A stretch of DNA of 64,000 nt from positions 51,832,001 through 51,896,000 of the forward strand of contig OZ365109.1 of assembly GCA_977030845.1 (NCBI GenBank), given 5' to 3'. The translations under genes were made by a program, and so were the position numbers. The notes beneath the pieces were generated by a model. The model searched no databases and was not told the DNA's origin. It saw only the letters and a program-made list of their open reading frames with translations. Positions 39,190 through 53,900 of this stretch are shown here, piece by piece (positions within the stretch are counted from its first letter, which is position 1; every line of letters begins with the position of its first letter). The stretch comes from Fimbriosthenelais zetlandica. Taxonomy: Eukaryota.

Positions 39190-42100
39190 GTGAGTTCCTA
39201 TTTCCAAATAGATTCAAAATGTACAATCATTAATTGTACTTTGAAATTTTCCCATGTATACAGTTATTTTAGTGGTTCAATGCATTATAATTATGTATAG
39301 GGGAAAACTTCTTATTCAGAAATTGCTTTGTTTATGTCCTTTAAAATGTCGGAATATGATATTTGAATGATGCTTACTAGATGATTAATATAGATTGTCT
39401 GATTTGTCCCATATAATTTAAAGCATCTTGCTTTGAATGTTCAATTTCACGTATGAGGTTATGTATTTCTTTTCGACAAAGTACTTTTAGGCCTAGATCG
39501 CAGTGCATAGATTCAAAAACAAATGCCCCGCGAGATCAACGCCCTCAAGTTAACTGTCTGAAAAAGATACATTAATTTGAATTTTAAAATTGGCCAGTTT
39601 ATTATTTTATTGGTAATTTAAGATTTGCATACTCTGGAGATGGAGTGATATATACTTTCCTTTAATTTCGCGATGGTGCCCTTCTGACCACGTGACCAGT
39701 AATTCTAGCTGAGGTCATCAGTCTATCGCACCTGGGGGCAAAGGCCCCACCACTGCCCCCGCCACTACCCCACACATACACTGACGGACCTCCCCTTTTC
39801 CCAGGCCAGGGTTATTAGCAAAAAAAGACCACAATTCTTCCTAGAACAGACACAATGTGTTTTTTCACTATGCTAATATGTATTGTTTTATTACTGTGTG
39901 TTTTAGACCGTTGAGTATTGTTGGATATTTAAATAGAGGAATATTAAGGAAAGTATGGAATGGCAGGGTATTAATTCAGAGACGTCTGAAGATTATACTA
40001 AGTGGTTTAGTGTCTGTAGACGGACCTGAGAGGCTTGGAGTGAGTGGGAGGAGAAGGGCATACCCTGACCACATCTGCCCAGCTTGACACTAGAGAATTG
40101 TATTTCATATTAATCATTAAAACTGCTGTGGCCACATTCCGCGAGATGAAAAACTGATATGAAGGCCACATTAAGCATGCCACCCTAGGATCGCGCCTGA
40201 TTCGGAAAGGAAATCTTGATCCGGGCAGAAAACATTCAATTATTGCCATGCTGATTTTGGACTGATAAGGTGGCCAGGACCATCATTTCTCTTGTCATTA
40301 TTTGTACATTACTAGTGAGTGTGGATCGTTCACATTACTTTAGTACATGATAAGACAAATTGATTTTATGATATATAGTTCCATTCTGATTATCATCATA
40401 CCCCCTGACAACGGATTTTCTAGTGGGTTTCATTCAGTATGGAGATGGCTAGTCACTGAGCTTTATCAGTACTTTCCCATGATCATGCCGATTTTTAAGC
40501 TAGCAATGGGAAAAACACACCGATACCAATTACTGCTGCCATTCATTGTAATTAATACACCAACTGACCATCTGCATCCTCTCATTTCCTTCAAAGTATA
40601 ATATATTCCCTTTAGAAGAACAATCGATTTGAGCCATTACAATAGATATTGAGACGCTGAATCCATTCAGGATGTCCAGTTAAATAAAAGAGCGCCGGAT
40701 GAAATGCAAAATGGTCTGGGGCATTTAGTAGGGCTATTCCAAGACGGTTGGACCAGGTGGAGTTGAGTCTACATTTCTCAGACGGTGAAAGGAAACGTCC
40801 ATCTTCTTGTCCACCGCCTCCAGGCTTCCTAAGTGCCCCCGACAATGGGCGGCCATAGTCCACTTTGCTTAATGAGACCATTGGATCCACCTCATAAAAG
40901 GGGCAGGTGGAAGAGTCTCTAGTGGCGTGTGCCAGAATTACAGATCTATACCGTGATAGAAGACGTCACAGGTGACGCGGGTAATCAGCAGCTGATGACG
41001 AGACAAATTCAGGGCCCCGTTTTTGCTTACGTCACAAACAAAAGGTGCATCTGCCTGTCGGTATGGCACAGCGGCGTTTATTCCATTAGGGATACACTTG
41101 GGGAATTAGCGCAGTTATGACTTGTTCAAAGCGACAATACTGAAATTGTAGCGAGTTAGGTTATAAAATTACCTTAGGCTGTTTCTGTTCGCGGCTTAGT
41201 TGCAAGAAAGTTTTGCCAGCTGCTTTCACCTTCTATATCCGGAAACTTTTACTTATAAGTCTATTGTTAAATACCGGTAAACCCCAATACAAGTGTCTCA
41301 AGAAGGCTTAAATTATGCCCAGAGACCCTCATGAGATCTCTGGTAGACCTCACATCCGTATTTTAAATCTTCTATGAGTTTCAACATTTCTAGTATGCTC
41401 ATTACGCCCAATGATTTTATGGAGTCAAAGTCGGTTTTTATTGGAGGCTAAAAGACTTAACAATTGAAGGCATGATAAATGAACAAGAAATAAAAAATGG
41501 GCAAAGAAACCATTTATCCAAGTTCACAGTCCGAGATGACGAGAAAAAGATGAGCAGGGAACTCGCCACGGGCGAGTAAAATTCAATAAACATCAGTCAA
41601 GGTAGAATTGCTTAAGGTGGATATTTGTATGGTTTATCATTTCACCTTGTGACTGATTCCTGCACCCAGCTATTTTAAAATGAGCGCCTGTCACCGACCA
41701 CTCGGGGCGCACACCGGGCGGTCTATGATATCGATAAACTAGGTGACAAGGATCGCTCTCGTGCAGTTTGATGGCAACAATATGGTCTACCTTATTAGGC
41801 GCTGACATTTGAAAAAAATGCCGTTTTGAGGGGATTTCTTAACTATTTCTTTCCTATCATTTTGTTGGGCCTTTAGAGAGGGTTTTTGATTGTATAGGAC
41901 TATCTACATAGATGCAGCTTTCGCATATTAATTAATTTTCTCTTTTTCTTTAGTTTTGTACATCTTTCATTGTGAAATTTAGTAAAATTACCCTATCTAC
42001 AAAAACTAACAAAAAATCCACCAACTGATCGATGCAATTAGATAATTGTTAAATTAATACATGCAATTAAATGGCTATTTTGTGAGTAGACTATAGGTTG

Positions 42101-43340
42101 AATGTATCCTAGAATTGAGTTTGATTGAGAGGGTTAATTGTGTAGTTACATAATAGCCGGTGATTAGCGTCTAGTGCCACAAGCTGATGACATGTATGTT
42201 TGTATTGATGACACCAGGTGATAAGCGTCTCTATAACGTTACTTACAGGTTCTCATATTACCATACAACTTACCTAATATGTTTCATATTAAATTATCAT
42301 ATCCACTTTTCCACTTTTAGGGGTTTGGTCCTACCGATGAGATAGTCCCCCTCGTCCTACGTTTTTCCAAACATTTAGGTATACTTCCACTTGGTTGTAA
42401 GGGCAAGATGATTTGAATTATTTAAGCAACACGAAAAGAGGAAAAGGATAGTTTTCCTGCTTGCAAAATACTATTCAAAAGTCAGATTTAACTTGTAGTA
42501 AAAGAGGATATCACGAATTTCCATGACTTTTAATGCCACCTGCATCGGTTGCGATTTACTTTGGAATCCTGCCATCGATCTCACCTGCCTATATCCCTGA
42601 ACCAAACAGCTGTAGAAAACTGATTACTCGGACGATACATATCATATAGATAATGACTAATATATCATAAAGAGATAGGATACTTTTTCAAAATCTGTCA
42701 GAAATACAGTACTAATTACTCCCTCATATCAGATTATGGACTCCTGCATGTGACAACTTTCATGTTTATCGATAATTTTACCAAATTTCTTTTTATGTAC
42801 TACCTCGCTAATTTCTCTAATTCCCCTCCGTTTGGAATGTTGCCAAAAGAGCTACCTGTACGATTCCCGATCGGTTAAAAATTACTATGCACAATTGTGT
42901 GCGATAAGGGAAAAAATGAGATTTTTTAAAGCCTATGAATAGGGACACTTGCCAAGGTAGGCGCAAGCGTAAAAATCGTTATACAATGGAGCCGCTGGCC
43001 CTCGGGCATGTAAAAAGTGGACTACACCCAGAACAGGTGTTTCTGAGCTGGCGCCTTCCAACAAGAGACAGGTTTCTTCAGATGGCGAGATAAGAGAACT
43101 AAAAAGGTGTAAAATCAAGCCACAAACATAGCATTAAAAGAACATTACAATTACATAGAACTAGTGATTCATTCAACAGGTGAGCCATGGCCATTATTCT
43201 AAAGCCCATCTGGATCGATGTCATTCTTTCTGAATCTTGATAGTCCTTTCACCCACACTGTCATTTAGGATTGATGTATGGCGGGAGGGGTTTAGGATAA
43301 TGATAGATCTGGTGGTCAAACCACTGTCGTCGGTGAAAAA

Positions 43341-43362
43341 ATGACTGAGTTTTTATCGCCAG
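43341..43362 (+). CDS. Candidate short first coding exon MTEFLSP(G), phase 1
   Basis: AAAAAATG start, donor CAG|GTGAGG, in frame with 57254; lies in a CpG-containing patch (43270-43460). Confidence 0.25.
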
Positions 43363-46300
43363 GTGAGGTCAAACGATAACCAGAGATAAAAACTTATACC
43401 ATTGTATACGCCCGCCTCTATGGCCTCTTTGGTGACGAAACGCGCGTGGCGGGGTAGATTTGAAGATTGATGGCTCACAGTTTAATGTCACACCTCTATT
43501 ATTTTCCTGACTTTTGTTCCCCACGCAACAAAAACGTATACTTTTTTGACCAAGGCGGAGCCATTTTAGATTCTCGTGTGTCTCAATCAGTCACTGTCTC
43601 ACAGAACATTGAAGAATTACTCAATGGCAATATCCTAACATCTTGCTGGCTCTGGCCTGGAATTTGAACCTGTCATTCAATGGTCGGCCGTTCATACATG
43701 ATAATGGTGTTGTTGGTTACATAGTATTACCCTCTGACAGGGTGTACTTAGAGGCCAGGTGAGATAGTATTGAATGGAAAGACATAAAGAGAGTTGACTA
43801 AATGATAGCTTGTCAAATGGAATTATAACTTCCTTATTACAAATTGAGTACAAAAGCAAGCATATTTCACTCCCTAAGCCGGACATTATATCTTTCTTAT
43901 GAATTAAGCTCTTGATTCGGCGGTTCGGAAAATTTTAACCATTGACCACATTCACACATTTATCCCCTATTTATGAGTTAAATCCATACACTTTAATGGG
44001 ATTCTAACTATTATTCCTTAGGTGGAAAAATTGTGCAGGGCGAAATGATTGTGAAGTGCTCACTTTAGTGTAGTGGTCATCTTGTCCTTTTCAGTTGGCC
44101 AAAAAGTAAACACCTTTTCCACCTGTCTATATATACTTTTTCCATCAGTTCTAGCTTTAGGACAGACATTTATTAGATGCCATGAAGCTTTTTCCCGTCA
44201 ACGAGAATTGTCTCTGACCCTTCAAATTGAGCTTTTGTGGAAGTCCGACCTTCTAAACCTTTCCAACTTAACCTAGCCAATTCATCCTCACAGATCGACC
44301 AAGTCAAGTGTCCGAGGGTTCATGACCGTTGACCTCGGGTCAACAGGGGATGGTCAAAGCTTTTTGGTTACCATGAAAGGTAGCCAAACACTGGACACCC
44401 AGCCTCTCACCATCTACCCTCAAGTCACTGCTTGTCTTCCTTTGTATTTTAGAAGAAGGACGACCCACGATAAATATTATCTTTTGCAAATATCAATATG
44501 GTTTTCACAAGGCTTTAGTTTGTCTCATTGAAAGGAGGATGTTTCTACAACATTTTAAATTCAGGCTTGTTAGGAATATAATGCATAAAATACTTCCTTA
44601 TTATAATGGGCTTGGACCTATATTAGTCTTAGATTCTTATCCCATTTTTTCTTGGTCCTACTCTGGTGCATTATTTGAGATAATTATTGTCATAAGCATA
44701 ATGGTCTAAGTTATTATAATGGTCTAATTTAGCTTCTTCATAGGTGTATATTTTGTTTTGATATCCTGGGTCTCAGGCTAACCGTTCCATCGCGTGACAG
44801 GCATCAAATAAAGTCAACCACTTGTCCCCATCTTCATCAGCCACGTGAGCACACCATTCTTGAAAAATTGACACGTTACGTCATAATAATTGGTGAAACT
44901 CAGAAGTATATTCATTTTCTGTTCATTGAGTTTTTTCCCTGGCCAGTGGAAGACACTAATTGAAGGGCCTTACAATAGGCGGTCGTCTGCCCACCCAGGG
45001 GATGAGTGACGTGTGTCGCTGTGTCTCACACTGGGAATGCGCGTAATATGACGTCATAGTCAGGTAACTTCATCACAGACCGGCCTGTCCTTGACAAACC
45101 GCCCTTTTCCCACCTCGCGCCACGATAAGGACTAGTTACCTCCTTCTTTTATTAACTTTTATTCAATGGTCACGTGTGGCTTTGGTAGCTATGAAAAGAA
45201 GGATACATAAAGTATACAGAATCTATCGGGAAGAATATCTTATCTAGATATCTTCTGTTTATATATATAGACTTCTTTCTTTCTCTGGGTGTGTAATTTT
45301 CAACAAGAAAATACTGGACGTGAAGATAAGTAAAGAATGCAATGTTTGAGAATTTACCGCATTCTATTCAATTTCAGGAGATATGACAATTATGTTTTTA
45401 AGTTTGTCTTAGGTTATAGGCCTACATGTACATCGTTTGGTCGACTATATGAGCCCTATTTGAAATTCAGTCCCAAATGTGAAATTATATAAGTTGCGCC
45501 TTCCTGGCAGCACATGTTAAATTTGCTGGGAAAATTTGCTTAATTGACAACTGAATCAACCCAAAGACAACATTTCCAAACTCATTTCTCAAGCAGAAAT
45601 TCCATTCATGCTAGGAATGTGTCCTGGACATGTTCTTGAAGACATCATCAGAGTTTCTTTGCTGCTCCTCGATGTGTCAACTTCCAGTGTAAACAGTCTA
45701 AACCCATTACAGCCACTATACGGCATATTCGTGGTGTGAATGTCTAAGTTTACGTTAGTAATTTCATGACTGGTTACATTCGACATGTGGAAATAGCCAC
45801 ACTTTATAGCCCTGTGAAAGACGTGGCGATGGCAGCCTATTGTTGACTCCGTCAACTTCCTAACACAAACCTTGAATATTTCTGAGGTAACAGTTCCATT
45901 TTCTGGTGTCAGAGTCTGACATGTACAACACTTAGGACCGATTGTTAGGCAGGATGACAAACAAGAATGGCTGAATAACACATCACGTATAACAATCAGC
46001 CAAAGTCAACACTATTCTAACGATGTGAACGGGTTTCTTTATCCCACATTATTATCACTCTCCGAGGTGTCCCCCACCTCGCCATAACCACCTAAACATG
46101 ACGCCGTGCGAAGCGTCGCACCTACGTCACATCGAGGTGTGACGTTGTGGGCGTGGATTAACGTTTGCGACAGGCACGCGTCGTGAGCGTACGCTAGCTG
46201 GCACTGACTGTTTCTTGGAGACCCCACTAGGGAGCGTTGAAGGAGGGGGTGGTCAAAGCAGCGTGGGATCCGGCAAGTCAGTGGACGCTCGTCAATAGCC

Positions 46301-49300
46301 ATGTTGGCATGCCCTGAAGGGACATATCATTAGAGAAAAAATAGTTTATGTATCAACGGTAATCCCCACCCTTTCCGGCTTAATTATAATGGGAGGTGTT
46401 TATCTTTCACCATTTTCTTCATACAAAAACTTCATTTGTAAAAGTGACATTTTCTATCAGCCTCCACTTTAGTTGGGTTGGCATGAGTGTTTTGACTGAT
46501 ATCTTTTATGTTGTAAAAAGCCTGTTACTCATGACACGAGGGAGGTGGGTGTCCCTGCCTGGATTTGTAGGCCTACTTGATTCTGCAATAATCCTCATTG
46601 ATTTTCTGACGTGTTCTTCGCAAGTTTAAGAAGACAAAATTATTTCCTGGTCATATTCTACATTGACTCAAAGACTTGGAATTTAATATTTCTGGCATCT
46701 GTAATATCAGATTCCAAAATATCTTTTTACATTGGTAGACTGCATTGCTGATAAACCGATGAAGCTACCAGCCCTTCCCTTTCAGTTCTTATCCAGACAT
46801 TTCCCATAAATTTATTTTTATCATAATCCATGGATTTATGAGCTTTTGCAGAGACACCAAGTGTGAAGTTATTATATACTTAAATTTCTCGGAGACGGGT
46901 CTCCCTGTAACCTATGAAACCATGGATCTCGACACTCCAAGATATTTTATCAAAAAAAACATATGGCTTCAATATTAAAAAGCAGTAGATCATCATAATT
47001 GGATGACCTCCGTGTCACATTCATCCATCACATATACACTGCCCACTGTCCATCACTGACCCATAGATTCAACTGACCATCCCCGAGGACTATACATATC
47101 TCTCTATATATCCCGAGGACTCTCATTGCCAATGTAAAGTGATTTTCTAGGGGTTAATGGCTATTCCTTCTGTCTGAGTGGCATACATCACATGCTGTCC
47201 ACATTTACAGACACACAGAGAGGATGAACATGATAGTTGCTCTATCTTCTTATCACAATCCTGCCATCTGTCCTAGATGACTCGCCCATTCTACTCTAAT
47301 CCACCCAGACACATCAAGATAGAGGACTTCAAGCTCATGTCTGATCTGTTCATTCTAATCTATGGAGGCCACTCACCCCAGAAATGACCAAGAGCTTAGG
47401 ACACGTATTGACAGTGGTGAATTAAAGTCTTCAGACAAGGCCTAGTTAGTTTCAGGCGTTCGTGATTTTCCCTATGCAGTGCCCTAAATTCCACAACTTT
47501 TGTCTCTGATCTATTCACCTCAATCTTTGGAGGCCGGTCCCCGCACAAATAACCAAAACTTAACCCAATCGGTCGGAAAGTTTCCTATACATACCCTGAA
47601 ATTGCCATATGCGACATTTTGAGATCCCAGAGAATTTCATAGTTTTGGATTCTATGCTACGTTTAATCCTAAAGGGTGTAGCTCCAAATGTAACTATTTT
47701 TATTTTAACACATGAAAGTATCAATGAAAATGGAAACCCAGTATTTCTTGTGTGGCTCCTTTGCATGCAAATATGCAAATTCGTGAGACCTTTATTTGGT
47801 TAAACTTCAACCCTCGTAAGTGATCTGATATAGGATCAAAGCCGCATCCGACCCCAACAACCAACTTCACTTTTCTAAGGAAACGATTTCAACGAAAGTT
47901 TTCATCGACCCATGTACTTGAAGCTTACTTTTCTGAAGCATTTGTTGTCTAAGATGCCGTTGCCATTGACAACTAGGGGTATCGCTGTTCCAGTGTAAAC
48001 GAGTTAGTTTATTTGTCCATTAAAGTGTTAATACAAACTCGAGGTGCTCGGGTGAGGATGAAAGTTTCTGTCAGTAATTTAAATTATGTGAAATTTAGAA
48101 GAAGCAAGTTTGTTCCGAGTCTATAATTCATGCCCTCAAGGTGTGAAGTGTGCCTTGGCCTGCTGTTGCCTTCCATTGCCTGTAGGCGTGGTTCATTTCT
48201 TACTCGGGGACGGCGCGGTGATTTTCCGGCCCTGATGGGAACACGTATAGCCTAATAGTTCTCTTATGAGGTCTGTGCATTTATATACTTATCCGTGTAC
48301 ATATGTACGTAAAGATTTCATATGATAATGTCCTGTTATGCATTTTTTAAGACATCCCTCTAAAAAAAGTATTTTCTTATTCAAACAAATTTACATTTGG
48401 ATTTTTTTTCTGGGATTGGGTAAGTGGTTGAGGAGTCTGACATAGACGTGGCACAAACTTCGAGTAAAAGCTGTAAAGCTTAGAGTGACAAGCCGGGTTT
48501 GTGTCGCATTAAAGCTGACATAGCTTTGGTCACTCACATCTCACAGTGCTCTCACCATCAAAGTTCCCGCATCAGGGGAGAGTACACAGCCCGGGGGCTT
48601 ACAAGCCCCTCCAACACTTCAATCGCTCCCTACCTCCTTCCCTTACAACCTCTACTCAACTCCTCCACTGACACAATGATGAAAACCCCGACCTATTTGT
48701 TCTTTTTCTTTTGTCCCTGCTGAAGTTTCAATCAAATATATAGTGTAGTACGGACCAGGTATTTGCTCCCCAGTAGAGAAAACAGCTGGAAAAATGCCCT
48801 CTGATGCTAATCAATATTAAATTATTCCATGCCCCATGAAAACATATTGTCATATTCCAAAAGATGTCTTAAGTGTCCTTTCAAAAGTGGAGAGGTCTTT
48901 GTGAATCTATTTTGGGGATTTGTGATGTGGAGTAGAGACCGTGGGGATTCTGATCTTCAATGTTTCATGCTTGGTGGCACTCATTGACTTTCTATGGAGT
49001 AGGGGGTTGGTGGGTGGGTGGGAGTCGGAGTTCGGGGTGCAGCAGCTCACCTCCCCTCTCCCCACCACCCACGAGGCAGCCCTCTTGGTGTTGGCATATC
49101 AGACTGGTATCATGTATGGTTCCTTCCTCCAGTTTTACTGACATCTCAGTAGGGAAGTGGTCATTGACTCTGGCATGGCGCGGATTCATGCATGGTACTA
49201 AGCACTTCACCTTGAGCTCTGCTATAGAGAACACTCTTATAGAGATTATAAGCCCTTTTATAAAAGGACATAGGACATAGCCACACAGGCATCTTCTTCA

Positions 49301-50677
49301 TTGAGACAAACCCCTCAGTACTGAGGAAGGTCTCTTCAAGTGGTAGAGGACTAAAGAATTAAATTGTGACACATGACGCAGTTGGGATCTGTAAAGGAAG
49401 CTTCCGACCTCAGTATTGTTAGCTTTTCCTGCCTTGACACCTACTGTGGTAGGAGGCAGTGGACGCAGGTGGAGCAGTAGGAGGAACCCACCTCCCGGTT
49501 CCTAAAGTGTCAAAGTGACCAGGGCCGGGCGTCCCACCACCATACCTGTCACTCGAGAGGACATCAGTGCTCTCTCCCCCACTCCCACTGGTCAGTATCC
49601 ATTGGACATTGGAGCTGACAACTCAACAGTGCGGACTATCTCAACTCAGTTAAGGGCTCCACAGGCATGGAACTTGAAGCACCCTAACCTCCCATTTATT
49701 CCAACCGCGTTTAAACGATCATGGGGCATATGGAATTCTAGCTATGATCGCCGGGATTAACTACTCACTTGGTGGACTAGTATAATTGTGATATCGGAGT
49801 TGGGATTTGGTTTTATCTTCCACTTATCTTCCTCTATTTACACCTTCATCTGTCAGTGGGAGCTGGAACCGCCACCTCATAAGAGGATCAGTAATTCAGA
49901 GAGGACTGGGCTTATAGTGTGAAGAGGTGATTTGATCGGATTATTCCCCACTGACCGAGGACTATAAGATACCCTGTGAACGCATCTCAAGTATATATTA
50001 GAGGAATAGCTATTGCATATTGTTATGTTCTCAATCATTGGATGTGACCCATTTGGTCTTCTTGCCTTATATACACGGTACAGTTGACCATTGAGCCAAG
50101 TCAGTGATCATATGAACTTGCACAGTAACTTTACACCTATGTGGACATCTTTCCCAAGCAAGGCAAGTCAGCCTGAACGAGAATAATTGCGACAGGTGTG
50201 ATGTAACATGTAGGGAACACCCCCATTGGGACTATCTTGCATCACTACAATTACCTATTTGTTCTCTCCCGTTCTACCAGCCCTCCCCTTTCATTCACTG
50301 AAGTCACCCAGAGACAAGAACTTTTTATTCCTATCGCCATCTGACACTGAAAACCTGGATTTTCTGTCAGAGTGCAAAATGATTTATTGCCCTGGTCCTC
50401 CACCTTGTCTGATATTACTCCTAGGGCTATATACTTGATCAAATCCACAAGGTGAAACTTGTGGTCTTACACCCTGTTACATAACAGGCTCTGGACAATC
50501 TCTAACACTTAATTAATGAGACTGAGGTCGCCGATAAGTGGGCCGTCCGATGTTTAGTCTTCAACCATACATATAAACTTAACCCACTGATGTTCTTACA
50601 TCCAAGAGGAGATTGCTACACCGATGGTTTCCAGGTTTATGACCTGGCTCTCTATATTTAATCACCTTCTATGATAG

Positions 50678-50906
50678 GAACTTTACTTCACCATGGAAAC
50701 TGCCAAATCGAGTAGGTCTTCATTGGCCAGATACCAGGAAACTGTCGAATGTTTCTCCAGTGGACGTAAGCGATCAAAATCGGACTTTGTGAAATTTATC
50801 GATAAGAAACCAAGACATGATTTTGGAGAGGACATAGAGAATATATCTCCCGGATTGATTGATTCACCGAATATTATTTCCCAGCCTCGATGGTTAGGAA
50901 AGAGAG
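50678..50906 (+). CDS. Candidate exon with ATG at 50693 (METAKSSRSS...SQPRWLGKR-G), ending phase 1
   Basis: Acceptor AATCACCTTCTATGATAG, Kozak CACCATGG, 71 open codons, locally CpG-rich, donor GAG|GTAGGA. In frame with 57254 (GKR-GQLNLSI). Confidence 0.4.
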
Positions 50907-53900
50907 GTAGGAAGGCTTAGTTGACACTTTGAATGTTGAAATTTTAAATCTTAATGAATTGGATAGATTTTATCAGGATCTTCGGCTAATTTAATGGCTA
51001 TTATATTTACTCCAATCATGCAAATTTTAATGTTTATTGAGCCATGTGTTGGGGTCTGTTGGTATATGTATCCTACCCCTACTGAGATATTAGCCCATTG
51101 AGACCTTGTATCACCCATTCTATCAATGACCGTAGAACATAAAATTTTCATATCAACCCACTGCTGGGGTACTGCCATAGACCATTGATTTCCAAAGGCG
51201 TGAGAGAGTTTTTCGTAGTTATACCCTGAAAGCTGATATATACAAAGTAAGGTAAACTAAGTCCTTTGTTTGAAGAGTTCACAGTAAAGGGGTCGCGGAT
51301 GGTCGATATTGTTATTTTGATGGTGACAGGTTAGACCAAGTTTCTCTGACATTTTTATCACCTTTATGATAAGCTCTTCCCTTGTCACCCAACTACAATC
51401 CGCTGAAGCAACAGTCTAATGAAGGTAACACTGTTATTCTCGGCAATTCGCTTATCTCTTCTTGATGATTAGTTGGGGGAAGTCCGCCATTTTTCTTCTT
51501 GATTACTCTGATTATTTGACCTAAATGAGCCTACCCCCCGCGGCTTGGAGCGACATGTCAATTAACTTGGAGTTTCATCGACCAATATTCACCCTCGGTT
51601 AACCACCCTACATTCCAACCTATTCATCTTACAAATGGCACAAAATAATTATATCAATTTGGTGTTTTAGAGTAGGTCATCAGTTTTCTGGGGTTAAAAT
51701 AAAATATTTTGTTAAAATGATTGTTGGCAGACTACTTCCTCAGAAGATGGCTGTGTTTTTCACACCTATAAGGAAGCAGTTTCTACATGAAAGCCTGGAT
51801 TTTTAAATTGAAAACGCACTTGAAACTGTGAAAAACTATAGTGTAATTGCCAGCGCTAAAACTTCTTCCATGCTGTCATTAGTGTCATAAAAATAGGCAG
51901 TAAAAAATCAGTCAGCTTTAGAAAATTGATTCTTTACCATATGCACCATATCTGTACAGGCTGTCAATCTAATATTACATTGGAATATTAAGGAGACGGG
52001 CAGTAAATTAGTCATTACAACTGCAATAAATACTTTTACAACTTTGACACCTACAGCCTTGGAGGAAATGATAGTGCTAAGAGGTGAATCCATCATTAGA
52101 TCAGGACCAGCTTGCTTATGACATACCCATGGTGACATAAGGCTAGTCAGGATGCGTTAAGTCACGTTTAATGTTGCGTCACGTCCCATCATCAACAGGT
52201 GAAGACCGGCCAGGTGTTCTATAGTCAATAAGGCGTGACATGCTTCCACCATCCACATGTAGTCTCTATTGTCTATCCCTAGATGACATGCTCTAATTGG
52301 ACTCTCGTGACTTTTTAAAACTAGCGTCCCTAACAAAAAAGTGAATATTACTCAAGAGCACTTATATAATGGAAAGGGAGGTGTTTGGTGAAATGCAAGG
52401 AAGGAACCGATTGAGGAAGTGTCCCGGAGTGGTTGGAATACCTCGTAAATTTTCTCGAGGATTTAACAAAGTATTAACCGGCTTATATCTGAAGGTTTGT
52501 CCTTCATTAAATCATTAAATGTTTAATTTGTGGACGTGTTTTTGAGAACCTTTGATTGCCCCTTTTAGGGCTTCTAAAACTCTTGTTACACAATCCATCT
52601 ACCCTAAAAGAACCCTCAATATATACTTCAGTAGAACTCTGGCCTTTAGTTGGTCTTGATGTAACTTATGTGATAATTATACAATGAGTCATCATAATAT
52701 GTTAATCGTTGCACTTGTTCTAGTCAACACTCAAGTCTAAATTTATGACCTCTTATAATTGGGTTTGACGTTGGGTAATTATTTAGTATTGAGGAGTATG
52801 ATGAGTGCTATAAAAGTCTCAATTCACCCATTTTCTCACCAAATTAACTGACAAATCTCCAACCATTGGCATCCCCGCTAGTAGTGGGGATTAACTTGAA
52901 CTAATTAAGGCTGTCCATCGTGGGAGCCCGGGCCCAGCGATCAAAGACCTAAAATTTACTCCTCAGATTTGGCTAGAATTATGTCATTACTGAACCCGTT
53001 TCCAAGGTTACTGAGTCTCATGTTTCTCTACCCTCCAGCCAACATCCGCCCTAACCTTTTAGAGCCCCGGGCTGGACCCAAAAATTAAACTGAGGGAGCT
53101 AGGTGTGAAAAGCACGTTCCCTTATGGGTCCACGATTTCCCATACAAGAAGTGAAATGAATGCACTGTCCATCAAACCCAAGTTAAAGGTCATTTTAATT
53201 ACACACAGACCCAGTGATTAAATCCTAAAGTCAATGGGTGTTATAGCACCTAAAAGTCACACCTCTGGCAGATTCTGCGGGTTCCCGTCAAAGGTGAACC
53301 TGACTAAATTGTACCCATATTGAACCCTTCTATGGGAGGAAGTGTGAAAATGGGTTCAGACAATAATTTCTCATTTTGATTCATATTAAAGCCTAATGCT
53401 CAATATTTCACCTACTGCTGGGCAAAATCATGAATATCTGTGCTTCCAGCCTTATTTATAGATTTTCATTTTAGATAAAAGTTTTGCTTTCTTTGATGTG
53501 GAAGTGGTTCATGTCTGTTACCCCCCGCGATGTTCGCTTTACTGTCTCCACAGGGGTGCAAAGAAGACCAGGCGAAAATCTAACACAGCGTTTGTGTACA
53601 GGGTTTTATCCCAGTAGAATATTTGCACGGTAGTTGCACATTTTATCTTCCAGCCCACTATAGCTCCATATATATCACTGATTAATGAATTTATCAGTGT
53701 AATTTCTCCGCCATTTTACTTCAATTAAATAAGGACCTTTCTTTATAGGTTTAGATAAGAATCTAATGCCATGAAATAGAGTTTTGATTGGAAAATGGGA
53801 GCATTTCAAATAGTTTGTTCAAACAAGTTTACATGTAGAGAAGCTTCCCGGGGAGAAATTGTAAGGAGTTCAGAATTCCCTAGCCATATCTACCATCATG

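Noticed and set aside
45589-45981. 130-aa minus-strand ORF (also 30149-30547, 32139-32537, 54767-55153)
   Set aside because: No recognisable domain; roughly one or a few ORFs of this length are expected by chance in six frames of 64 kb.
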